Shown here: positions 32,794 to 42,203 of the stretch, in pieces
Position numbering within the stretch: position 1 is the stretch's first letter
Layout: each line of letters starts with the position of its first letter
Assembly (NCBI GenBank): GCA_903847405.1
Contig: CAINDP010000153.1
Coordinates: 4,121 to 68,120, forward strand
Origin: an uncultured Myxococcales bacterium
GTDB lineage: Bacteria; Myxococcota_A; UBA9042; DTJE01
DNA length: 64,000 bases
Direction of reading: 5' to 3'
Program-made: the position numbers and the translations under genes
Notes under the pieces: generated by a model
What the model was told of the DNA's origin: nothing
What the model saw: only the letters and a program-made list of their open reading frames with translations
Database searches by the model: none

Positions 32794-34122
32794 TCAGGGA
32801 AAGCGGATCGCGAACCGCCGCATCTTCCGCATCAAGGTGGCCTTGTGGATTCCCAGGGCCTGGGCCGTCCGCACGCGGTGTCCGCCATTTTCCGCCAGCG
32901 CGGCACGGATGACCACCGCCTGGGCCTGGTCGAAGGCGTCGGAGGTCGCGGGCCCGGGAGGCAGGTCCGGAAGCGGCCCCCGGGCGATTTCCGGCGGAAG
33001 GCAGCACACGTCGATGTTCGGCCCGCGGCACAGCACGAACGCGTGCTCGATCGCGTGTTCCAGTTCGCGGATGTTCCCGGGAAAGTCGTATCGCAGCAGG
33101 GCGTCCAGCGCGTTCGGCGTCACCCCCCGGATCTCCCGGCCGGTCTGGGCAGCGAACAACTGAATGAAGTGGCGGACCAGCAGGGGGATGTCTTCCTTGC
33201 GGTCCCGCAACGCCGGCAGTTCGATCCGCACGACGTTCAGGCGATAGAACAGGTCGTCCCGGAACCGGCCCTCGGCCATCAACTGCCGCAGGTCCCGGTT
33301 CGTCGCGGTGACGACCCGTGCATCCGCCTTCACCGTTCGCGAGGACCCCAGGGGCTGGTATTCCTTCTCCTGCAGCACCCTCAGCAGTTTCACCTGCAGG
33401 GCCGTCGAGATATCCCCGATTTCGTCCAGGAACAGGGTCCCCCCCTGGGCCGCCGCGAACCGCCCGATCCGATCGTGCCGGGCGTCGGTGAAGGCACCGG
33501 CCTTGTGGCCGAACAGTTCGGATTCCAGCAGCGTGTCCGGCAGGGCGGCGCAGTTCAGGGCAACGAAAGGCCGATCCCGACGAGGGCTGCCGTCGTGGAT
33601 CGCCCGGGCGAACAGTTCCTTGCCCGAACCGCTGGGTCCCTGGATCAGCACCGTGCTGCCGGCCGCTGCGATATCCGGCAGGACGCGCAGGATTTCCTGG
33701 ATCCGGTGGCTCTTGCTGACGATGTCGCCCACCCGGAACCGTTCGCGCAACTGGCGCCGCAACAGTTCCAGTTCGGACAGGTCGCGAAAGGTTTCGACCC
33801 CGCCCACGGCCCGTCCCGAGGCGTCCTTCAACACCGCCGTCGAGATGCTGAGGGGCTTTTCCGTACCATCCCGCGCGCGCATCGTCACCCGAACGTCCAC
33901 GGCCTCACGCCCCGAACCCATCGTCGATCGAAGGGCGCAGCGCCGCGCGCAGGCGTCCGTCCGAAAGACCTCGCTGCACTGCCGCCCGAGGGCCTCGTCG
34001 CGCGTGAAGCCGGTGATGGCGTGGGCGGCCCGGTTCCAGGACGTGATCCGCCACTGGTCATCCACGGTGAAGACGCCGTCGGCGATGGAGTCCAGGATGG
34101 GATCGGTGCGGTCAGTCGGCAT
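32794..34122 (-). CDS. PAS-domain sigma-54 activator, OrpR-like
   Basis: PAS with C-x8-C-x3-C (CSEVFRTDACARRC); AAA+ with GAFTDA; HTH; ORP-like gene neighbourhood. Confidence 0.85.
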   Translation of the reverse strand: MPTDRTDPILDSIADGVFTVDDQWRITSWNRAAHAITGFTRDEALGRQCSEVFRTDACARRCALRSTMGSGREAVDVRVTMRARDGTEKPLSISTAVLKDASGRAVGGVETFRDLSELELLRRQLRERFRVGDIVSKSHRIQEILRVLPDIAAAGSTVLIQGPSGSGKELFARAIHDGSPRRDRPFVALNCAALPDTLLESELFGHKAGAFTDARHDRIGRFAAAQGGTLFLDEIGDISTALQVKLLRVLQEKEYQPLGSSRTVKADARVVTATNRDLRQLMAEGRFRDDLFYRLNVVRIELPALRDRKEDIPLLVRHFIQLFAAQTGREIRGVTPNALDALLRYDFPGNIRELEHAIEHAFVLCRGPNIDVCCLPPEIARGPLPDLPPGPATSDAFDQAQAVVIRAALAENGGHRVRTAQALGIHKATLMRKMRRFAIRFP

Positions 34123-34143
34123 CGGAACCTCCGGCCACGGGCA

Positions 34144-34163
34144 TGGTCGCAAAATCGCGACCA
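34144..34163. promoter_or_regulatory. Palindrome, putative OrpR-like binding site
   Basis: TGGTCGC-AAAATC-GCGACCA, about 20 bp upstream of the activator start; related sites at 46447-46485. Confidence 0.65.
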
Positions 34164-34174
34164 CGCTTCAAGGA

Positions 34175-34203
34175 TTGCTTTGATGCACGGATGCGAATAA
34201 CTT
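34175..34203 (+). promoter_or_regulatory. Putative sigma-70 promoter of mrp copy 1
   Basis: TTGCTT-17bp-TAACTT, homologous to 46522-46550. Confidence 0.55.
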
Positions 34204-34229
34204 GCAGCCGCGGATAGCGGAGGCCCCCC

Positions 34230-35168
34230 ATGGGATGCGGTTGCGGCGACGGGCAGGACACAGGCGGGTGCGGCGGACACGAGCACGGACAGACCTTCCA
34301 GCCCGATGACATGGCCCGCGCGGCGATGCGGCGGATCCCCCACAAGATCCTGGTGATGAGCGGCAAGGGAGGCGTCGGCAAGACCACCGTGGCCGTCAAC
34401 CTGGCCTACGCACTGGCGGCCGCCGGCCACAAGGTCGGGATCGTGGACGCGGACCTGCACGGGCCCGACGTCCCGCTGATGACCGGGGTCGAGGGACTGC
34501 GGGCCCAGGCCAGCGACGAGGGGCTGATCCCCATCGACGCGCCGGGCGGCGTCCGCATCCTCTCGGTGTCGTCGTTCCTGGCCTCCCCTGACGCCCCGGT
34601 GATCTGGCGCGGCCCGGCCAAGGCCGGCGTCATCGCCCAGTTCCTGGGCCTGGCCGACTGGAAGGGCACCGACGTCCTGATCGTGGACTGCCCCCCCGGA
34701 ACCGGGGACGAACCCCTGTCCGTGGCCCAGATGATCCCGGATGCCGACGGCGTCGTGATCGTCACGTCGCCCCAGGGCGTGTCGCTGCTGGACAGCCGCA
34801 AGTGCGTGGGCTTCGCGCGCCAGATGGACCTGCCGGTGCTGGGGATCGTCGAGAATTTCTCGGGGTTCGAATGCCCCGGTTGCGGGCGCCGCATCGACCT
34901 GTTCAAGCGGGGCGGAGGCCGTCAGGCGGCGACCGACCTGGGCGTCCGTTTCCTGGGCAGCATCCCGATCACCGAGGCGATGGTCGAAGCGGGCGATTCG
35001 GGTCGGCCCCTGGTGGTTTCGACCCCCGACGATCCGGCGTCCCTGGTACTGACCGCGATGGCACAGGAACTGGTCGCGGACTGGGTGTCCGGCAGCGTCG
35101 GCGCGCCGATCGGCGAAGGGTGTTGCGGCAGTTGCGCGTGCCACGAACCGGTTCCCGGTCAGGACTGA
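34230..35168 (+). CDS. mrp: Mrp/NBP35 (ApbC) Fe-S cluster carrier ATPase, copy 1
   Basis: SGKGGVGKTT, VIWRGP, DCPPGTGDE, ENFSGFECPGC; Cys-rich termini. Confidence 0.93.
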   Translation: MGCGCGDGQDTGGCGGHEHGQTFQPDDMARAAMRRIPHKILVMSGKGGVGKTTVAVNLAYALAAAGHKVGIVDADLHGPDVPLMTGVEGLRAQASDEGLIPIDAPGGVRILSVSSFLASPDAPVIWRGPAKAGVIAQFLGLADWKGTDVLIVDCPPGTGDEPLSVAQMIPDADGVVIVTSPQGVSLLDSRKCVGFARQMDLPVLGIVENFSGFECPGCGRRIDLFKRGGGRQAATDLGVRFLGSIPITEAMVEAGDSGRPLVVSTPDDPASLVLTAMAQELVADWVSGSVGAPIGEGCCGSCACHEPVPGQD

Positions 35169-35198
35169 TCGCGCATCCGCATGGACCCGGCTCGCGGC

Positions 35199-36362
35199 TC
35201 AGCCGGGCGCCCCCGACTGCAACCCCGGCACTTCCCGGTACGCGGGACATTCCTCGCCGCTCACCACCTCCGCTGCCTGCCGCAAGGCGTCCAGCGTCTG
35301 GTACCCGACCAGCCGCGCGACCTCCTTCCGGTCCCGATCCAGGTACACGAAGACCGGGATGCCGCCGATACCGAACGACCGCGCCAGAGGCTTGCCTTCA
35401 GGGCTGGTCACGTCCACCTGGCGGATTTCCAGGGGATGCCCGTCGCACTGGTTCCGAAGGACGTTCACGGCCGGCATCATCTGCCGGCAGATCGGACAGT
35501 TGGGGGAGTAGAACTCGTACAGCACCGGCAGCGGGTCCTGGGCTGCGCCGCATTGGATGTCGACAGCGTGTTCGTCCCCACCGCCGCACGTGGCGCCTTG
35601 TGCCGGGTTCGGCGTGGCCGCGGCAGACAAATCCGGGGGCTCCGCCGCCGACGCCGATACCGGCGCCTCGGGTGGCTGGGCCAGCGCGTAGTCCAGCAGC
35701 CCCAGGCGATCGGTGGCCAGAAGGAACCCGACCACCACCAGCAGCAACCCGGTGGACTTTTCGAATACCGGAATGAACCGCCGCACCTTGCGCAGCGCCG
35801 CCAGGGCCGGCCCCGCCACCAGGGCCACCAGGACCAGCGGCACCGCGAACCCCAGCGAGTACAGGGACAGGTAGCCCATGCCCACCAGGGGATCCGAGGT
35901 CTTCAGGGAGGTGTAGGTCAGGACCGCGCCCAGGACGGATCCGATGCAGGGGCTCCAGGCGAAGGCGAAGAACAGCCCCAGCACGAAGGAATTCAGGTGG
36001 TGGAACCGCGTCTTGAACCGGCCCGCATCCAGGCCGCCGCCACCGTCCAGGCCGGGCAGTTTCAGGTAGCCCATGAACCGCAGGCCCAGCAGCAGCACCA
36101 CGAATCCGCCCAACTGCTGGAACAGCACCTTGTGGTCGACCAGCGCCCGCCCCAGGACGGTTGCCGACAGGCCCAGCAACGAGAACACCAGCGTGAACCC
36201 GGCGGCGAAGGCCAGGCTGGACACGAAGCCCCTGAAGCGGCCGCCCCCCTCCCCGCCCCCGCCCGAAAGGATCGACAGATAGATTGGGATCAGGGGCAGG
36301 ACGCACGGGGAAACGAACGTCAGCAGCCCCGCCACGAACACCGCTGCAGCGGACATCACCAT
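35199..36362 (-). CDS. CcdA/DsbD-TM domain fused to a thioredoxin domain
   Basis: FVSPCVLPLIP and AWSPCIG; C-terminal FYSPNCPIC. Confidence 0.9.
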   Translation of the reverse strand: MVMSAAAVFVAGLLTFVSPCVLPLIPIYLSILSGGGGEGGGRFRGFVSSLAFAAGFTLVFSLLGLSATVLGRALVDHKVLFQQLGGFVVLLLGLRFMGYLKLPGLDGGGGLDAGRFKTRFHHLNSFVLGLFFAFAWSPCIGSVLGAVLTYTSLKTSDPLVGMGYLSLYSLGFAVPLVLVALVAGPALAALRKVRRFIPVFEKSTGLLLVVVGFLLATDRLGLLDYALAQPPEAPVSASAAEPPDLSAAATPNPAQGATCGGGDEHAVDIQCGAAQDPLPVLYEFYSPNCPICRQMMPAVNVLRNQCDGHPLEIRQVDVTSPEGKPLARSFGIGGIPVFVYLDRDRKEVARLVGYQTLDALRQAAEVVSGEECPAYREVPGLQSGAPG

Positions 36363-36399
36363 ACCGTCCTCCCTGGGACAGGGCCGATGCACCCGGGCA

Positions 36400-36612
36400 T
36401 CAGGCTTCGTCCTTCACGGCGCAAGTCCCGGCCCCACAGAGGCGGGACAGGGGACAACTGCCGACCAGGCCCGTGACGATCGGGATGATCCCCAGGGCTC
36501 CCCAGGGCGTCTGGGGACCGACGAACACCAGGCTGATCATGCCCAGGCCAGCCAGGACGCGCACCACGCGCTCGACGTTGTGGACGTTGCGGGGAAGAAG
36601 TTTCCGGAACAT
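36400..36612 (-). CDS. DUF2892 (YgaP-like) small membrane protein
   Basis: NVxxxERVVR, TGLVGSCPLSRLCG; GGAGG RBS. Confidence 0.85.
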   Translation of the reverse strand: MFRKLLPRNVHNVERVVRVLAGLGMISLVFVGPQTPWGALGIIPIVTGLVGSCPLSRLCGAGTCAVKDEA

Positions 36613-36732
36613 CGGGACCTCCAGGTTGTTGGCCACCTGCGCAGGTTGCAACGGGGCAGGCACGACCCGCGCTTCGGGTCGCACCTCGGCAAGCCTCGCC
36701 GGGACCTGACCTCCAAACATTACCTCATGGAT

Positions 36733-36754
36733 ATATTTCGCGCAAGCGATATTT
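36733..36754. promoter_or_regulatory. Putative ArsR-type operator
   Basis: ATATTTC-N8-GATATTT in the divergent DUF2892/Trx-Grx intergenic region. Confidence 0.55.
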
Positions 36755-36791
36755 AGAAATTCTTTCCACCTTCCTTCATCGGAAGACCGCC

Positions 36792-36838
36792 TTGACATCC
36801 GCATCGCTCTCCTTACTTTCCATTCACGACATATGCCG
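36792..36838 (+). promoter_or_regulatory. Sigma-70 promoter plus CATATG-centred palindrome
   Basis: TTGACA-16bp-TACTTT followed by CGACATATGCCG (36827-36838). Confidence 0.5.
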
Positions 36839-36862
36839 CCCGTGGCATCATGGAGGTGCGGA

Positions 36863-37480
36863 ATGGTTCGGACAGTCGCGAACTTCGACGATCTGACGGC
36901 GGCGACCGGCGGACTGAAGGGCCCCTCGGTGGTGGCGTTCTTCGGCGACTTTTCGGAAAAGTCGCGCCGGGCCTGGCCGGTATTCGAGGCCTTCTGCAAG
37001 GCACACCCGGAACTGGATGTGCACCTCGTCGACCTTGACAGGGTCCGGGACGTGCACCGGCGCCTCGGCGTCACGCTGGCCCCGACGGTCCTGCTGATGC
37101 GCGACGGCGCCGTTCATCAGCAACTCGTGGGTGTGCAGACGGACGCGGACTACCAGGCGGCCCTGCTGCCTCACACCAGACCGGCGCCCGGGCCGCAGGC
37201 GGGCGCAACCGCACACCCGTCCCACCGGGTACTGGTGTACACGGGCCCGGGCTGCTCCTGGTGCACCCGCGTGAAGGCCTACCTGCGCCAGCGCAACGTG
37301 TCCTTCACCGAGATCGACGTGTCCCTGGAACCGGCCCAGGCCCAGGCCCTGGTGCGAAAGACCGGCCAGACCGGGGTTCCCCAGTTGGACATCGACGGCC
37401 GCTACGTCGTCGGCTTCGACAAGGCCCGGATCGACGCCCTGCTGGGACTGGCGCCGCAGGCTTCCGCAGGCACCCACTGA
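36863..37480 (+). CDS. Thioredoxin-fold domain lacking CxxC, fused to a glutaredoxin-like (YruB/NrdH) domain
   Basis: N-domain has FFGDFSEKS at the active-site position; C-domain YTGPGCSWC, GQTGVP, VGFD. Confidence 0.82.
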   Translation: MVRTVANFDDLTAATGGLKGPSVVAFFGDFSEKSRRAWPVFEAFCKAHPELDVHLVDLDRVRDVHRRLGVTLAPTVLLMRDGAVHQQLVGVQTDADYQAALLPHTRPAPGPQAGATAHPSHRVLVYTGPGCSWCTRVKAYLRQRNVSFTEIDVSLEPAQAQALVRKTGQTGVPQLDIDGRYVVGFDKARIDALLGLAPQASAGTH

Positions 37481-37577
37481 CCTCCGAGGATGGAACGACC
37501 ATCGGGCGCTCGATTGGGAAATGCTGCCAGTTCACGTTTGTGAGCGATACCTGCGCTTGACCGAACCGGATGGATAC

Positions 37578-37589
37578 GGGAATATGCCC
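37578..37589. promoter_or_regulatory. GGGCATATGCCC-type palindrome
   Basis: GGGAATATGCCC downstream of TTGACC (37557-37562), upstream of the radical SAM gene. Confidence 0.55.
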
Positions 37590-37620
37590 ACCATTCCACC
37601 CGGACGCAGGAGGTTCGGCC

Positions 37621-39081
37621 ATGCGCATCGCCTTCATCCAGGACTCCGGCATGAACGAGTCCGCGGCGCTGCTGATCCTGTCGGGCCTGCTGAAACTGGG
37701 GGGGCATTCGACCCGGCTGTTCATCGACCACGACGAACGGGATCTGTTCGGCGCGCTGCGCCGGTTCGACCCCTGCCTGATCCTGGTCGCGATCGACATC
37801 GGCGGCCACCACTGGGGCCTGGGCATGGCATCGCGGGTGGCCCATGAAATGCGCGCGCCCCTGGTGGTCGTGGGCACGTACCCGACCCTCGAACTGGAAA
37901 CCGTGCTGGGCCGCCCCGAGTTCCGGTACGTCATCCCGGGGGAATGCGACGTCGCGGTGCCGGCCCTGGTGGACGCCCTGACGTCGAAAACCCCCGATTT
38001 CGGCGCAGTCCCGGGCCTGCACTGGCGCGATATCGGCGGGGAATGGCGTCGGAACGCGCTGCCGCCGTACCTCCAGGACCTCGACACCCTTCCCGCGCCG
38101 GATGTGTCCCTCTTCGAACCCTACCCCTACCTCCTCCAATTCGGGGTTCGCCGGTTCGTTTCGGGACGGGGATGTGCCAATCGCTGCAGTTACTGCTACA
38201 ACAACGACCTCAGCCGGCGGACCCGATCCCAGGGCCGGTACGTCCGACGCAAGAGCGCGGCGCCGTTCGTGGCCGAAATCGCTGCATCCCTGTCGAAGTA
38301 CCCGGCCCACCACGTCCACATGGGCGACGACCTCTTCACGCATGATCCCGCCTGGCTGCGCGCATTCGCCCCCCTTTACCGCCGCACCGTCGGCGTGCCC
38401 TTCACCTGCAACGCCACGCCCATGAGCCTCACGTCCGAAACGGTGTCCCTGCTGGCCGAGGCGGGCTGTCACGGCGTGGCCGTCGGCGTCGAGTCGGGTG
38501 ACCAGGTCCTCCGCGAACGGATCCTGGAACGGCCCGCCCGCGACGAAGACCTCCGGGCCGGGTGCGAACGTGTCCGCAAGTCGGGCATCCTGCTGGCCGC
38601 TTTCAACATGATCGCCATGCCCGGGGAAACCGTGGACCAGGCCCTTGCGACGATCCGGTTGAACCGGGAACTGGGCGTGCAGGTCCCCCGCATCAATTTC
38701 ACGTTCCCACTGCGGGGCACCCGCCTGACGGATCGCGCCATCGAGGAAGGATTCCTGACGAAGGAGGAACAGGCCGAAATCGAGCGCGAGGTCACCGCGG
38801 GACGGTTCAAACTGCGCCCCTGCTTCCGGTCCCCGGACAACGCCCTCCTCGAACGCCTGTTCCGGGTTTTCCAGTTTTCGATCATGACAGGCCTTGGCGA
38901 GTTCCAGATTCGCCAGTTGATCCGCAGCGATCTGGCGACACGGGCAATCCCCTTCCGGATGCTGATGCTGTACATGGAACGTTCCTTCTTCCGGGTACAG
39001 TGGCTGCCGGGCCTGCAGATGTACCTGCACGCGGGCCATCCGCTGGGGCGCACCAAGAACTTCAACAACTTCATCCCGTGA
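37621..39081 (+). CDS. Cobalamin-binding-domain radical SAM protein
   Basis: N-terminal B12-binding-like domain; SGRGCANRCSYC; DDLF; GVESG; PGET. Confidence 0.9.
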   Translation: MRIAFIQDSGMNESAALLILSGLLKLGGHSTRLFIDHDERDLFGALRRFDPCLILVAIDIGGHHWGLGMASRVAHEMRAPLVVVGTYPTLELETVLGRPEFRYVIPGECDVAVPALVDALTSKTPDFGAVPGLHWRDIGGEWRRNALPPYLQDLDTLPAPDVSLFEPYPYLLQFGVRRFVSGRGCANRCSYCYNNDLSRRTRSQGRYVRRKSAAPFVAEIAASLSKYPAHHVHMGDDLFTHDPAWLRAFAPLYRRTVGVPFTCNATPMSLTSETVSLLAEAGCHGVAVGVESGDQVLRERILERPARDEDLRAGCERVRKSGILLAAFNMIAMPGETVDQALATIRLNRELGVQVPRINFTFPLRGTRLTDRAIEEGFLTKEEQAEIEREVTAGRFKLRPCFRSPDNALLERLFRVFQFSIMTGLGEFQIRQLIRSDLATRAIPFRMLMLYMERSFFRVQWLPGLQMYLHAGHPLGRTKNFNNFIP

Positions 39082-39154
39082 GGAATGGACGTCCGGATGG
39101 CGCGACACCCGCCCGGCCGGTTATGATGCCGCCTGCGTGAACGCGAGGAGCCCC

Positions 39155-39379
39155 ATGAGCGAGTGCGCTGCGATCGAGTTCCTGGTGGAGCAGTTGCCCG
39201 GCGGCAGGTACGTCGCCCGATCCGTCGGCGCCTGCGTGACCACCGAAGCCGACACTCTGGACGAACTCCGCGTCGCCGTCCGGGAAGCCGTGTGCTGCCA
39301 CTTCGACGAAGGCTGCCAGCCTGGCGCGATCCGACTCCGGTTCATCACCGTGGTTCGCGAGGAAGTGGTCCCCGTATGA
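39155..39379 (+). CDS. Putative HicB-like antitoxin (short form)
   Basis: IEFLVE...GRYVAR...TEADTLDELRxxVREAVxCHF; overlaps the hicA-like gene. Confidence 0.75.
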   Translation: MSECAAIEFLVEQLPGGRYVARSVGACVTTEADTLDELRVAVREAVCCHFDEGCQPGAIRLRFITVVREEVVPV

Positions 39380-39618
39380 AACATCCGCGGGATCTGTCCG
39401 CCGACGAACTGGTGCACCGGCTGAAACCCCTGGGCTATCGCGTGACCCGACAGGTCGGAAGTCATATGCGACTGACCACCGAGCAAGGCGGGCAGCACCA
39501 CATCACGATCCCGGCCCACAAGCAGGTGACTATCGGCAAGATCAACGCGTTGCTGTGGGATCTGGTGCAGCACTTCGGGATGGACCGGAAGGAACTGATG
39601 GTGCTGCTTTTCGGTTGA
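39376..39618 (+). CDS. hicA: HicA-family toxin
   Basis: LGYRVTRQVGSHMRL, HITIPAH, IGKINALL. Confidence 0.88.
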   Translation: MKHPRDLSADELVHRLKPLGYRVTRQVGSHMRLTTEQGGQHHITIPAHKQVTIGKINALLWDLVQHFGMDRKELMVLLFG

Positions 39619-39621
39619 CGG

Positions 39622-39652
39622 TGGCCCGGGGGAAGCGGGTTCCCCCGGGCCA
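39622..39652. terminator. 13-bp hairpin between convergent genes
   Basis: TGGCCCGGGGGAA-GCGGG-TTCCCCCGGGCCA. Confidence 0.6.
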
Positions 39653-39669
39653 TCCAGGTCGGCCCCCGC

Positions 39670-40086
39670 CTACTGGGCCTTCCCCTTGCGGATCTGGGCG
39701 TTGTCGCACACCCCGTCGCCGTCCGCGTCGACGAAGCCGGCGCCGTGCAGCCCCTTGCCCTTGCCTGCCGCCTGGCCGGCGCCCTTGCCCTGGCCCTTGC
39801 CCTTGGACATGCCCTTGCCCTGGCCGCCGGTACCCTTCTTGTCGCAGATCCCGTCGCCATCGGCGTCCACGAAGCCCGCGCCCGAGCCGTCCTTGAGCTG
39901 GACCTGGGCCTGGTCCTTGGCCTGGACCTGGGTCTGGTCCTTGGCCTGATCCTGGGCCTGGGTCGCCGTGCCCGACTGGACGCCCTGCCCCTTCCCCTTC
40001 ACCGCGTCCGCGTCATCCGCGAGCGCCACCGCGGGCAGGCCCGCCATTGCCACCACCAGGAACAGGCTCTTCAAGTTCGTCTTCAT
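39670..40086 (-). CDS. Small secreted protein with two FVDADGDGxCD motifs (copy 2)
   Basis: Close paralogue of 28515-28919. Confidence 0.85.
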   Translation of the reverse strand: MKTNLKSLFLVVAMAGLPAVALADDADAVKGKGQGVQSGTATQAQDQAKDQTQVQAKDQAQVQLKDGSGAGFVDADGDGICDKKGTGGQGKGMSKGKGQGKGAGQAAGKGKGLHGAGFVDADGDGVCDNAQIRKGKAQ

Positions 40087-40144
40087 CACCGGACCTCCTG
40101 GGTTTCAAGCACCAGCCCCCCACGGGCCGGCAAGGAATGTCCAT

Positions 40145-40160
40145 TGCGAGCGCCGTGCCA
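40145..40160 (-). promoter_or_regulatory. Sigma-54 -24/-12 promoter
   Basis: TGGCACGGCGCTCGCA. Confidence 0.85.
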
Positions 40161-40246
40161 ACTGGATGCATATTTCGTAAGCGTTGGTTATGTCTGCTGT
40201 ATGCGCCCTTGCGACCACCGGCTGTCGTCCGGTCGCCTCCGGGTTC

Positions 40247-40284
40247 CCGACGTTTTCGTCGAAGACCCTCGACGTCCCGGTCGA
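40247..40284. promoter_or_regulatory. Tandem palindromic enhancer, copy 2
   Basis: CCGACGTTTTCGTCGA and TCGACGTCCCGGTCGA, 22 bp apart, about 87 bp from the sigma-54 box. Confidence 0.75.
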
Positions 40285-40341
40285 CCCGACGATCACCCAA
40301 GGCCCGGCTTCCGGATCTGGTCGGAAACTTCAGGCCGCGCG

Positions 40342-41670
40342 CTATCCGCATCCGCCCTTGGTCACGGTCTTCTTCTGCAACCTGACCCGCTTCGTGTAGG
40401 TCGGGGCGGCGCCGTGGCCTGCCTCGTGTACCGGGTCATAGCCAGTACCCGTGGCGTCCGTCGCAAGCGCGCAGGCCGGCACGTATTCCTTTCGGGCCCG
40501 GTCGGGGTGAGCCGACGGGTTCCTGTCACCGACTGCGGCAACGAAGCGCCAGGCCAGGCGCTCCCCTCCCGTTTCCCCGGACAGTTTCTGCGCCACGCAC
40601 GGACTCGGCTGGTAGCGGTCCAGCCAGCCGTCGATCCCGCCCTCGATGACGTACAGGTTCAGGACCCCCTGGGCCCTCAGGTCCTTCCAGGCCTGCGTCG
40701 CAACCGCCTCGCCGTTGGACACGACGAACACGATGGTGTTTTCGCTGGCGCCCAGCAGCGTCCTGACGAACGCCGGGTCCCGCGCATCGCCCGGTTCGAT
40801 CCGTCGCGCACCGGACAGGTGGAACTGGTTGAAGTCCGCCTCCCCGCGCACGTCCAGCACATCCACCTTCAGCGTGAAGTCCTTCTTCAGGTCGACGACC
40901 TCGGCGGGGTCCACGAAGATTTCGCGCTCGCCCAGTTGCCGGTCCCCCTCCGACGCCACCCAGCCCCACCGGTCCTCGACCGTGGGCTGCCCCAGGACGG
41001 CCGTGGCGACCGCCAGGGCGACCAGGGTCCCTCCCCCCGCGATCCGCGCCCGGCTGCGCGGGACCAGCGGGATGTCCTTCCAGGATGTGCCCGCGCCGAA
41101 GTAGGCTTCCGCGATTTCCGCACCCCAGAACATCACCAGCGCCATCAGGACCAGCAGGACCACGACCACGCCGTAAGGGAGGCCCAGCCAGTCCGGCACG
41201 GTGAACCGACCCAGGAACGTGGACTGGAAGAACGGCTCGAAGGACTGCACGGTTTCGCCGAACGCATAGACGCCGCCGAACACGCCCAGGACGAAGAACA
41301 CCCCGTCCAGCTTCAGCGTCGAGGCCGCCACCAGGGAGGTTCCCGGGCAGAACCCGCCGACGATGAACCCGACGCCCATGATCAGCCCGCCGACGATCCC
41401 CGGCACAAGGTACGTCGGGTTGACCCACACGTGGCTGAAGTCCAGCAGGCCCAGCGCCGAGGACAGGAAAATCAGGACGGCCGCGACCACGATGCCGGTG
41501 AACATGACCTTCAGCACGGTCATTTCGCGCAGGTAGAACTGCGCCGCCAATTTGCGGGAGTCGCCGAAGCCCGACACCTCGAGGGCCGCGCCGAAGCCCA
41601 CGCCGATCAGCAGAAAGACGAGGTCGTATGCAAGGGTGCCGGCCAGCGGCGCCAGGTTGAACGGAGCCAT
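40342..41670 (-). CDS. YeeE/YedE sulfur-transport protein fused to a rhodanese-like domain
   Basis: GFGAALE, GGFCPGTS; LDVRGEADFNQFHLSGA, YVIEGGIDGW; C-terminal GGCG. Confidence 0.88.
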   Translation of the reverse strand: MAPFNLAPLAGTLAYDLVFLLIGVGFGAALEVSGFGDSRKLAAQFYLREMTVLKVMFTGIVVAAVLIFLSSALGLLDFSHVWVNPTYLVPGIVGGLIMGVGFIVGGFCPGTSLVAASTLKLDGVFFVLGVFGGVYAFGETVQSFEPFFQSTFLGRFTVPDWLGLPYGVVVVLLVLMALVMFWGAEIAEAYFGAGTSWKDIPLVPRSRARIAGGGTLVALAVATAVLGQPTVEDRWGWVASEGDRQLGEREIFVDPAEVVDLKKDFTLKVDVLDVRGEADFNQFHLSGARRIEPGDARDPAFVRTLLGASENTIVFVVSNGEAVATQAWKDLRAQGVLNLYVIEGGIDGWLDRYQPSPCVAQKLSGETGGERLAWRFVAAVGDRNPSAHPDRARKEYVPACALATDATGTGYDPVHEAGHGAAPTYTKRVRLQKKTVTKGGCG

Positions 41671-41681
41671 GTCGCCACCTC

Positions 41682-42203
41682 CTAGTTCCACAACCGGCGC
41701 ACGAAGTACGCCAGGGCATACCCGCCACCGAAGACCGCGAACATGAACGCGAAACTGCCGACCGACAGCACGGCGCCGCCGCTGAGGGCCTGGCCGGACG
41801 TGCAGCCGCGGGCCAGGCGGGCGCCGTACCCCATGACTGCGCCGCCCAGGAGGGCGTAGGCCCAACGCGCACGATTCGTGATGTGGGGCCCGCGACGGGT
41901 TTCCACCCGGAACCGTCGGTTCGCGATCCCGGAAATCATCCCGCCCAGGAAGGTCCCCAGCAGCATGAACACACCCGCGTTGTCCAGCGCGTTGCGGCTG
42001 CCGCCGCCGACCTCGGCGAAGTAGGCCACGCGGTCGACGTGCTCCGGGACGAACAGGTTCAGGATCGCGACCTGCACGTGGCCGATGGCCCCGGAAGCGC
42101 CCAGCCCGTTGCCGGTGATGTAGAAGGACAGGAACAGCACGACGCCCAGCAGGGCGCCGCCCACGTAGGGGTTGACGTAGGGACGCGGGGGCTTGCTAGT
42201 CAT
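41682..42203 (-). CDS. YeeE/YedE family sulfur-transport protein
   Basis: NPYVGG, GLGASG, GARLARGCTSGQALSG. Confidence 0.92.
   Translation of the reverse strand: MTSKPPRPYVNPYVGGALLGVVLFLSFYITGNGLGASGAIGHVQVAILNLFVPEHVDRVAYFAEVGGGSRNALDNAGVFMLLGTFLGGMISGIANRRFRVETRRGPHITNRARWAYALLGGAVMGYGARLARGCTSGQALSGGAVLSVGSFAFMFAVFGGGYALAYFVRRLWN

Larger units (their letters stand above)
39622..40288. repeat. Duplicated segment, copy 2 (copy 1 at 28467-29120)
   Basis: Long near-identical stretches with copy 1. Confidence 0.9.

Noticed and set aside
40170-40191. ATATTTC half-site near the copy-2 sigma-54 promoter as an ArsR operator
   Set aside because: Second half-site does not match; more likely an AT-rich bending element
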